A stretch of DNA of 63,980 nt, the filler included, from Hausera hauseri (Eukaryota): assembly GCA_046269625.1 (NCBI GenBank). It is 11 parts of 11 records of this genome, joined end to end, with 100 filler letters (N's around TTAATTAATTAA, not from the genome) between each part and the next. Parts side by side here need not be neighbours in the genome. Positions count along the whole stretch, not along the records: positions 1 to 5,988 come from JBJURY010157756.1; positions 6,089 to 15,641 come from JBJURY010341045.1; 9 more parts are not named here. One strand, written 5' to 3'. Position 1 is the stretch's first letter. Every line of letters begins with the position of its first letter. Below, one piece after another: positions 1 to 9,725 of the stretch. The notes beneath the pieces were generated by a model, which made no database searches, was not told where the DNA came from, and saw nothing but the letters and a program-made list of their open reading frames with translations. A program made the translations under genes and the position numbers.

Positions 1-14
1 ATCGCGCCATGTAG

Positions 15-532
15 ATGGTGATGGACGACACCCGCTTTCAAGCAAAATTGGAATCGTTACTTGGCGCTAACCACTATCAAAGAGTAACTTCAGAAATATT
101 ATATGAGATTTGGGGAAAATTTTTAATTTTCGGACAAGCCGCATCTGGATTTCTAGCTATCTACCTTTTAGTCCAATTAGTAAAAGCAGTAATCCAAGCC
201 ATCATAAACGGATATGAAATATTCACATTAACAGGGTTTTCCTGTAAAATTTTGACTGCAATTACCACACCATTTGGAAAAATGACGTGGAACGCCACGT
301 CGGGTACTATAACCGCAAACGACGAGGGAGGCCCTCGATTCTGTACAAACGCAAAAACAAGAAAATAATAACTCGGAAAGATGATTCAGATGATGACGAG
401 CCTAAGGGAGGAGAAAAGAGTTCTAGAAGTAAGATGCACAAGATGTATTCAGTGACAAACGCGCCAATACCCAACATGCCACCAACTGCGCCAATATATG
501 AGAACTGTGACCAGAAAGAAGTTATATCTTAA
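15..532 (+). pseudogene. C-terminus (membrane-proximal, TM, cytoplasmic tail) of a chuvirus-like class III fusion glycoprotein, frameshifted near 285
   Basis: IWGKFLIFGQAASGFLAIYLLVQLVKAVIQAIINGYEIFTLTGFSCKILTAI fits the W..FL.FG..SAG..GI..I...IK..I...I.GY......G[WF]S..LL.A pattern I recall for chuviral-type glycoproteins; a basic tail with PPTAP follows in the next frame. Confidence 0.7.
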
Positions 533-848
533 ATGTCCGACATCTACAGCAAACCCGTTAACTATGAAGACCCTTATGAAAAAACGAAACAATATGTAGT
601 AGTACGGAAAATGAATGTCGCCAAACAAGGACTAACAGAAAACGATCACGAGATATTGTACTTGAAAAGGATACCCCGTAAGTCAGTAATCTGGGCGAAT
701 CCGAAAATACTTTCGATCCCAGGTCTGCTACCTCGAGAATCGCTCATCAACCGTCGTGTCCACAAAATAGCGGATAATAATTTATACCAAAATAAAGAAT
801 TGAGACAACTAAGGGAAAATATCATTTCATCACCGGCAATAACGATAA

Positions 849-1260
849 ATGGACACAGTCTCTACTGTAAAACAGTCAACATCAAATTGTTATGAAGCAG
901 TAGTAGAGGGAAGACCCTTCGCTAAAATATACATTGAAGACTGGGAAGTATACGCCTTAATCGACACAGGATCAGAAAAGTCGTTTGTAAAATACGAATC
1001 AATACCAATCACGCTACGCAATCAACTATGCCCACCATTATCATCAGACCCTGGCAGCATAGGAGCACTTGGGCAAGTATCGAAGCCAAAATTTAAATAG
1101 ACGCCCACCGTTTATATGATGGGCCAAGCACTTCAACACGAATCTGCAATAATGGACCAATTAACAGACGATGTAGTACTGGGTTGTGACATATTAAAAC
1201 AGATACCAGGCATGGCAATTGATGTGCATAACGAGAAATAAATTGATCTTGAACTAATTA
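849..1260 (+). pseudogene. Retropepsin (aspartic protease) of Gypsy copy 1
   Basis: GRPFAKIYIEDWEVYALIDTGSEKSFV, then past a stop ...DVVLGCDIL. Confidence 0.85.
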
Positions 1261-1530
1261 AAGGAACAAAAATAATGAAAGAAAAGAAATCGGGCGAAGT
1301 ATGAATTCCAGTAGACGAGGATATTCCGCGCAGAACTGAAATGATAATTTTTGCGCAGATTCGTTAAGATGAAGATCTACCGGTATATTTCGAACCTCAA
1401 GAAAATATTGATCCAAACTTCATGCTTATTAATACTTTATGCAGAGTAGTGACGGGACGAATACCTATTAATTAGTGAACAATGCGCCAACTCCAGTGAA
1501 ACTGCACGCTGTCACTACTTTAGGTCACAC

Positions 1531-2630
1531 TTGCATAGTGTCGGCAATAACAATAGAAAACAACCATACAAGTGCACAGAATTCCAACCTCACGTCAAAA
1601 CCACATTTTTTCCTAAGGCTTATTGCAAGTTCTATGAATTATTATGCACATACAGTTCAATAATTGCACAAAACGAGGAAAACATAGGTAGAGCAAAAGC
1701 CCTGAAACTAACAATTCCAATAAGAAAGAAACTTGGCTCGAACGACAAAATGGATCTAGAAAAACAGAAAATGCCAAAGTGGTATTCACCTCCTCATTCA
1801 TTGAGGCCAGAGATAAATAAAGAGGTAGAGCGAATGTTAAAGGCCGATATAATTCGACCAAGCTACCGAACATGGTACTCACCTATAATAATTGCTAAAA
1901 AGAAGGGAACTACGAAACATAGATTTTGTATCGATTACAGGGCATTAAAAACGCTAACGATGAAAGACTCGTTCCCCCTACCGTTATTAAAGGAAGCTTT
2001 AGATAGATCATCGGGAGCAAAATGGTTTACAACTCTCGAATTACAATCGGGATACTGGCAAGTAGAAATTGAAGAAAAATATCGATATAAAACAGCATTT
2101 AAAACACACGATCGTGTATACAAATTTAATTTTATGCCTTTTGGCATCACCAGAGGACCAGCTATTTTTACCAGAATTATGAACAAGATGCTTATGGGAC
2201 TTGATCATGCATTCGCGTACTTAGAAAACGTAATGATAGCATCAAAAACAGAAGACGAACACTTAAAGGATATTGAAGATACAATCATGCGACTAGATCA
2301 AGCAGGATTAAAACTAAATCCAAAGAAATGTAAATTGGCACAGAACGCAGTATCATACCTCAGACATATAGTCGGAGAAGGAGGATTTAAACCAGATAAA
2401 TCATTGCTAAATAAAATATCTGATTGTATGGAACCGCAGAACCAAAAAGACTTAAAACACTGGTTGGGCCTATGTGGGTATTATGCCACTTACGTACCGG
2501 ATAATTCGAAAATTAACGCACCACTTTATCGACTACACTAAAAAGGAATTAAGTGGAGATGGACGGAAGTGGAGCAAAAAGCCTTCGACGAAATGAAGAA
2601 AATCTTTACAAGTGAACCCGTTCTGAAGAA
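1531..2630 (+). pseudogene. Reverse transcriptase of Gypsy copy 1 (RNase H apparently deleted after about 2625)
   Basis: WYSPIIIAKKK..HRFCIDYRAL..DSFPLP..SGYWQ..MPFG..AYLENVMI..WLGLCGYY; the paralog on contig 4 keeps an RNase H that is missing here. Confidence 0.92.
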
Positions 2631-2829
2631 ATTACCACAGTAAAAAGGCCGCAACTCAAACAACTGGTTGAACGACAAAGAACTCTAATATTGGACAAGA
2701 CGATTAGAATTGCATTTGAACAAGCTAAAGACAAGGTTATTTAGCAAATTATAGAGTTTGTACAAAACGATAAAATACCAAAGGGACGACAACTCAAGAA
2801 ACACCTACAGAAACACGGGCATAAATAGC

Positions 2830-3890
2830 GCACATCAAACCAAGATAACATCCTATATTACGAACAAAAAGAAAAAGGCTAATAGTTATTCCGAAAGTAG
2901 TACGAATCAAAGTACTCATGGCCGAACACGACTCATATTTAGCTGGACACATGTCCTGGAAAAAGACATTAGAAACAATATTTAATAAATAATATTGGCC
3001 AAGCATTTATATCGATATAAAAAAGTGGATAAGTGTTTGCTAAGTTTGCGTAACAAAGCAAAAGAAAACAAAAGGCTACGTAGCAGAATTAAGGCCCATA
3101 AATGTACCAGACAGGCCCATGCAAGCTATGCCCATGGATATAGCAGGATCCTTGGCTAAAACTTACAAAAATAACAGATATATTCTAACATGCGTGGATC
3201 AATTAACGCACTTCGTCGAACTGGTGGCACTATTAGATCAGAAGACGCGGTGGTAAGGAAAATTATCCGCAGATACGGACCACCAGAGCAAATCTTAACG
3301 GATAGATGAAGGAACTTCACGAGTGAATTATTCGAAAAAACAACCAAGATATTTGAAATCGAGCGTTTAACCACTACGAATGAACGCAACAGTCATTCGT
3401 ATACTATCAACAGTAGTAGCAAAGGATCAAAAGGATTTGGATGAATTCCTAGAAGGGAGACAGTTTGTGATCAATACGACCCCACATCCAGCAACAGGAT
3501 TCACCATTCTTTATGATGTATGGACGAGAAGCAATTTTACCTACGGATTTGGGTATGACACCATATAAAAAGAACCTCAAGGATCTGGAGCAAAACTTTG
3601 CTGAAATCTTACAGACAAGGTTGCAAAAGTGTTGTGAAGTTGCAAAAACATTATCACTCAAATACCAGGAACAATTTAAAAAACAATATGATAAAAAGGC
3701 TAAACTTTATGATCTAAAAAAAGGTAATTAAGTTTATATCCACTATCCAGTCGCGAAGAAAGGCACATCCTTGAAATTAACTCGTAACGGAAGAGGATGA
3801 CATGAAATCGACCGCACAACGCCAACCACGGTCTATATTAACAAAAACGGTAAAGATGAAGCCGTGTCAATCCAAAGAATAGTTTAGACA
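2830..3890 (+). pseudogene. Integrase of Gypsy copy 1
   Basis: EHDSYLAGHMSW..KYYWPS..C..C zinc finger, MDIAG, YGPPEQILTD, MMYGREAILPTD; multiple stops and frameshifts. Confidence 0.88.
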
Positions 3891-3959
3891 GATATAAGAC
3901 CAGCCAAACGCTACAATTTAAGACAGAGAGAAGCCAAGACATCGACAGTTGTCACCAGA

Positions 3960-5381
3960 CCGGTATCTTACGCACAGATAATAGTAGCCTTATCGCTGAC
4001 TGCTGTTTTAACACCCAAGTCTAACGCCCAATGGTGGGTCGACGAAACTTCGTTGAGCAATATATATGGAATCCGGAAAACCGGAGTAAAACCTTTGCCA
4101 CCAAAGGAGGGAACTTCAGAACACAAAGCAGAACAAAAAGACGGAAAATTTTTACTAGCAATAAAATTACATTATTTTTTACCAGAAACCCCATATGTCG
4201 GGTTTAGGATACCTGAACCATATGAAGGGCAAATCCAGATACTATTCCAGGACCTATTAAACCAAGCCAAGTCTGAATGTAAATTCGAATCAGGAGACGA
4301 TACAATTTGCTGCAAAGTAGAATACGGATACTCTTACGTTCTTAGATATCGTTCATATCTGTTGAACTGCAATGAAATACGCGCCGAAATAAAATTCAAT
4401 TCACATCTAGTTATACCACAAACTTATGGAGACTACCTTAATATAGAGTTAGAAGATATGCTCCAGTCCATTGACCCATTAAAACGGATGGTAGAGGAAA
4501 ATATAGCTAGTATAACAGAAAACCAAAAGTATAGCTATATCCAAATAAACATAAAGGGGCGGCTAAATAAAGGAGAAGTAATCACGATTCAATTCATAAA
4601 AGAGGACAAATCAGGTGATAGCCAACAATACTGTCAAATTGACGCAGAAAGATCAAATAAGTGTTGCAAGTTACATCAAAAACATAAATATAGACTTAGA
4701 CTAGATTTGTATAAAGTTCGACCAAGCCAGCCAAGTATCTTCTTATGACGTTACCAATTGGAAAATCTAATCCAAGAAGCTCTGCCTCAAATAACGACCA
4801 GTAGAATTACGAATACAAAATTAAATGTGACTATTTCAACTTCCACCAAACTCCTCCAGGGAAGTAGATTACCTAAGAAGAATCTAGAAATGATTCCTAT
4901 AAAATATTGGACACTACAACATGAAATATCGTTCATTGTGGAAGAAGCACTTAATTAAGACGTAGAAATAAGCTGCCAAACATTACACAATAATCAGAAA
5001 GTGACATTGGCTAATGGAAGCTATCGAATCAAATGTACCGGTTTGAAACAGAAAACGGACTACATAATACAAATGAGTGCAAAGAACAAACAAAGTAGAA
5101 CGTTTACGGTACGGACCCTAAACGAGCTTGTCTTAACGAAACCCTTAATTAACGAGAAAACGAAAGACAAAATTATGACTAACGTTAAAACGAAAAATTT
5201 AACTAAATGGACAACTTTGCCATTAATATCGATTATTGGAACGTCAACATTTGCTCTCATAACTTTGATTGCGTTTTGTCGATTGATTACCAAAAACGGT
5301 TTTAATATGCGTCATAAAATCACCGAGAGGGAATTAAGAGTAATGGTACCACAGGATGAAATCAATGATGGGGTAACCTGA
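3960..5381 (+). pseudogene. Type I membrane protein (internal signal peptide, about 3 FN3-like repeats, TM, short tail), in frame with the integrase C-terminus
   Basis: ORFs at 3513, 4053, 4758 and 5001 share one frame, broken only by point stops; SP-like YAQIIVALSLTAVLTPKSNA|QW; FN3-like CTGLKQKTDYIIQMSAKN; TM LPLISIIGTSTFALITLIAFCRL. Confidence 0.75.
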
Positions 5382-5480
5382 CAATTACAGGTCGGGTTAT
5401 TCCACCATCTAACAAAGAATTGGTTCAAATTTAGAACAATACTTTGTTATAAGATTAGCCCTTACTTTTTGTTTTTCAGA

Positions 5481-5988
5481 ATGGTAAGTTTGGATAGCCG
5501 ACTTAGCATCGACGAATATTTACGGAAACAGGCCACAGTATTCATCCCAAATTCCAAATCTATCTACAGACGCATAAACGATGCATTACAAGCAAAAACT
5601 TAATCGAAATTACAAAAGTCAGCGAAATTCCAAATGAGCTAAAAGGCATTACAGAGGAGAACCGAGCAGTTTACCTATACGCAATGCGTGAAGACAATCA
5701 AGCCAAAGCTTTATTCCCTAAAAGAATTGATCCGAAACCGACCAGCTAAAATACAGGATATATATATCCACGTAGCCGATGGAAAAATATATTATAGGAT
5801 AGAAAACCAAACTTGGAACTCAAATGAAGTGCATCAATATCGGTTCAGTACATTCAAAATAAGCGAAAGAGGACTAGAACCTATTAACTACGGCCTTGAC
5901 TTTCGAGTAGCATCCCTTCCTGTCAAACTTATGTTCGAAGTGACCTAAAAAGAGAACTGCAACCTAGGCTTGCCAGTTCTAAAGTTTG
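5481..5988 (+). pseudogene. Accessory ORF (N-terminal part), homologous to 20989-21437 and 18278-19399
   Basis: SIDEYLRKQATVF..SIYRRI..KVSEIPNELKGITEENRAVYLYAMR..DIYIHVADGKIYYR aligns by eye with the contig 4 ORF; frameshifted. Confidence 0.7.
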
Positions 5989-6088
5989 NNNNNNNNNNNN
6001 NNNNNNNNNNNNNNNNNNNNNNNNNNNNNNNNTTAATTAATTAANNNNNNNNNNNNNNNNNNNNNNNNNNNNNNNNNNNNNNNNNNNN
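5989..6088. other. Artificial contig linker (N44-TTAATTAATTAA-N44); the same linker recurs at 15642-15741, 20889-20988, 25275-25374, 35905-36004, 40473-40572, 44960-45059, 49305-49404, 53938-54037 and 58072-58171
   Basis: Ten identical 100-bp spacers with stops in all six frames; unrelated sequence on either side. Confidence 0.97.
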
Positions 6089-6285
6089 CAAAACGGCTCC
6101 AGGGGCCCACCCAGCCTCAAAAATGGGTACCAGAGAAATTCTCTGGGAAAGTAAAGGCGGCCTGGTGTTATGCTGACAACATAACCCAATTACGTGCCGA
6201 TGTCTAGGAAAATACGTGGACACTAACTCCACAATTACCTATACGCCTTCTTAGGCGTGTACAATGGACTTTACTTACTTAGATT
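6089..6285 (+). mobile_element. SINE, 3' part (same family as 6430-6709)
   Basis: Close match to 6523-6709 (caaaacggctccagg..cacccagcctcaaaaat..gaaagtaaaggcggcctgg..ggactttactta). Confidence 0.75.
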
Positions 6286-6329
6286 TACTCTACTGGTAGT
6301 GGCACGTGACATGTTACACACATCAGACC

Positions 6330-7011
6330 AAACGAACTAGCAGCTTTTGTCACAAACACAGATCCCAGTGATAAACCAGGTTCACGCACGTTGTGTGAGG
6401 CTTTATTATGATGGGCTAAGTACATTTCAGGAGCCACGGTGGCGTTGTGGTTAGTGCGGACATCTGCCGATCGTGTGGTTATGGGTTCAATACCAGTTGT
6501 GGGCACTGAATTTTTATTAAATCAAAACGGCTCCAGGAGCCACCCAGCCTCAAAAATAGGTACTGGAGCAATTCTCTGCGAAAGTAAAGGCGGCCTGGCG
6601 TTATGCTGACAACATAGCCCAATTATGTGCAGATGTCTAGGAAAATATGTGGAACTAACTCCACATTTACCTATACGCCTGCTTAGGCGTGTAAATGGAC
6701 TTTACTTAGGTACATTTCATTATTTGGACTCGTTTGGCTTACCCCCTTACATGCAGACATTGTGAATTTTATTCAACGAAATTCTAATAAACTCTATGTA
6801 TACAATTCCAAGATTTTTTAGTAATACTTGTGGGGTGTACGCCATTTATTTCATACTTATTAAAACCAGAGGCTTATCTACGAAGCGCGTCCTTGCAGCA
6901 TTTTCAAATCATAGACAATATGTTAATGATAGACAATATATTAATGACCTTATTATCATACGATTAGTGCGATTTTGGCTATGTAAACACAGATTTGACG
7001 TCTATAAATAG
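6330..7011 (+). pseudogene. Polinton/Maverick adenain-like cysteine protease, interrupted by the SINE
   Basis: AAFVTNTDPSDKPG before the SINE; HYLDSFGLPP and SNTCGVYAIYFI..RGLS..AFS..ND after it. Confidence 0.8.
6430..6709 (+). mobile_element. tRNA-derived SINE with 10-bp target-site duplication, inserted in a Polinton protease gene
   Basis: A box tggcgttgtgg, B box ggttcaatacc, ttac-type tail; TSD gtacatttca at 6420-6429 and 6710-6719. Confidence 0.85.
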
Positions 7012-7560
7012 CAATGATGTAAGAAATACTGATGATGTACTTAATCCGGTTTAAACCGGCTAAAAAGCTATATAAGAAGTGATCACAACTGAACCAATCC
7101 AAAATGGTGTAACTGACTTTTTACCGAACTTGTATGTTCAATCAACACAAATCGAGCACAAAATTAGTCCATTGTTGTCCAGTGAACCAACCTTGTACGA
7201 CCAGTCCACCAATCAGAACCTAATATTTTACTTTTCTACGACAAGTTCATTCAAACCGTGCAGAACATTAATCCCTTGGTGTCCAAACAAACTGAACATC
7301 CTTTTGTTCAAGTGTATGACAAGCAAAGCATCTCAAATATATATTTACAACTTCCACACAAGTCCACGCAGGCTGAATCGACACGTCGTTTTCATCTTTG
7401 TATGTTCAGTCCACGTCAAATGAACTTTTACAAATAAAGAAGAGAAGAAGAAAGCGAAGAATCCAAAACTTGAACATTTAACAAAGTTGTAAATTTAGTA
7501 TCATTGTTAGTTTAAAAAACAATGTAAATAAAACAACCTTTCTTGTTGTTGTTGTATTTT

Positions 7561-7562
<2 letters not shown>

Positions 7563-7640
<78 letters not shown>
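7563..7640. repeat. (GT)n microsatellite
   Basis: Perfect dinucleotide run. Confidence 0.98.
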
Positions 7641-7642
<2 letters not shown>

Positions 7643-8499
7643 CACAAAGTGTTCATCACAAGATTTCATAATTTTCTTCCGCTCTGACTGAAGTTAAAAG
7701 CACAAGAAAACAGCCCACTGAAGTAATTCCTTCTCAATTCTACACAAACATGGTAAACTATCAGTCTATGACTTTGCTGCCAACCTGTCTACAAATCTTT
7801 TTTAAATAATAATTGGAGCTAACGGCGTAAATTAGACACGGATATATGATTCGGGTACACACACATTTTGGTGCCAGTCTACAACGGCTAAATATTTTAA
7901 AACCTTTAAAAATCTATTTACACTTTCTCATACAAATTGAATCTAACATTGCCATTTAAAATCTTTTCTCCTAACATTTTATTTCAACTTGTCTAAAAAT
8001 ACGCTTTCTTAAAATACCACATCTTTAGTCGATCAGACATATTTGACAGGTATCTGTAACCTGATACATCGTAGCAGGGAAATTTCTCACGTGCTGCATT
8101 AGATAAGTTTGACAGGTAAACAGCCTTGCTGCACCTTTATCTCGGGAATCGTCAAAGCATGACACGCCGTAGCTCTGCCATTATCTAGGGAAATGTCAAA
8201 TCATGACACGCCGTATGAGATCAGCGGTTAATGAATCCGATACACGTCAGCGGGGCACACACACCACTTATCTGATCCCCGATTTCCCTGGTGACCAATT
8301 AAAATAGCGTCGGCAAGTCTAGACTCGCTAGCACCAACGCGGCGGGGTGACAAACACTGTGTGTATATAAACTGGACTTTTTGAGTACTAAGCCATTCGT
8401 TCTTCAGTACCACTAAACGCCTAGTGTTCAATTATTTCGCCGCCCTGCTTGCTGATTTAAAGTAATTATACTAGCCTTGTTTATTCTTTGCTAGAGTTT

Positions 8500-9000
8500 A
8501 TAGAAAAAAAAGAATTATTATATTTTAAATAGAAGTAATATTTTAGCTCCGGTTTTTTTTGTCCTTTAAGTAGTATGGGATGTGCAAAACACTTGGCTTT
8601 TTTTAAAGGCGTGATTTAGTATTTACTTTACACTAGAAGTGTTTATTATGCGCTGTAAAAAATTATTCTGTTTTAAATAGAATATTTAAGTTCCGGTTAC
8701 TTTAGTCTTATAAAGTAATATATAATGTGAAAATCAGGTGGCGTTTTTGAAGGTGTGATTAGTATTTATCCTATACTGGTCAATTATGTGCTGCAAAAAC
8801 AAATAATTTGTTTATATAGAATATTTTACAATCCCGCTTATTTTTGTATTATAAAGTAGTATAGGCTGTACCAAAAAGTGTGGCGTTTTAAATGGGATAT
8901 TTTCAGTCCCACTTATTTTTTGTCTTATAAAGTCATATAGGCTGTGTAAAACGTGTTGCGTATTAAAGGCGTGATTTAGTAGTAAATAAACTAGTATTTT
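8500..9000. repeat. Degenerate AT-rich tandem repeat inside the Polinton
   Basis: Recurring blocks aaatagaatattt / taaagtagtata / gtggcgtttt / aaggcgtgatttagta about 3-4 times. Confidence 0.55.
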
Positions 9001-9725
9001 ATGTGATGGTGTATTTTTAAAGTAATATGTTATGTGCAATCAAGTATCATAAAGACCATCTGTGGTAAAAATTTACTCCTGTCTAGTGATAACGATGAAA
9101 AGTATTAGCTGCAGCTCCTCTTGTGGTAGTATCTATATATTTTAATGTGCCAGTCTAGTAAGTTTATTTATGTGTTCCACAGATGGAAACAATTGTCAAG
9201 ACCCCCTGTTGTCTCTAATGTGGAACCAACTGGTGAGACCCTTGTTGTCTCTAATGGGTTACCAGCTGTTGAGAGACCTATTGCAGATAAGGTTCGTTAA
9301 TAATTTTTTTGTTTAGTCTAGTGAGCACAGATAGAACCAAGAGAGACAGCTAACTATCATTTTGTTTTAGCCTTTTAGAATACGGATATGTCAATTACCG
9401 AGTCATGTGTCATTATTTGTAACTTGGCTCTAAGACTATGTTTATCACAGATGTATTGGTTGTAATGATACTCGGGTGGTGGCCTAGGGAAATGTTAGGG
9501 GTTAAGTGGTTCTGTGACAGTGGGAAATATCGGATTAGGGAAGGCTGGAAGACAACAGTCCTGGGATTGTTAGAAAGCCTTGTAATATTGCCTGGAAGGA
9601 GTACATTGTCTGGAGGATTGACCCAGGTTGGAAGACATCAGTAATTGGAGTGAGGGTAGAGGGAACACAGTAATTGGGGTGAGGTTTGGAAGACAACATT
9701 ATTAAAAGTATGTAAACATATTATA

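Larger units (their letters stand above)
1..5988 (+). mobile_element. Decayed Ty3/Gypsy LTR retroelement, copy 1 (glycoprotein tail - PR - RT - IN - membrane protein - accessory ORF); both ends cut by contig limits
   Basis: Domain order PR (ALIDTGS), RT (RFCIDYR, SGYWQ, MPFG, YLENVMI = decayed YLDD), IN (H-H-C-C zinc finger remnant, MMYGRE); many stops and frameshifts. Confidence 0.92.

Noticed and set aside
6033-6044. Recurring TTAATTAATTAA as a biological repeat or piggyBac target
   Set aside because: Always centred in identical N-runs; a six-frame-stop linker.
6430-6510. tRNA gene
   Set aside because: A/B boxes continue into a repeated body with tail and TSD, so a SINE head.
7478-7669. 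His-Thr repeat ORF; likewise the Glu/Arg-rich ORF 28504-28860
   Set aside because: Translation of microsatellite or low-complexity DNA.
8140-9000. CRISPR-like array
   Set aside because: Repeats are degenerate without unique fixed-length spacers, there are no cas genes, and the context is a eukaryotic Polinton.
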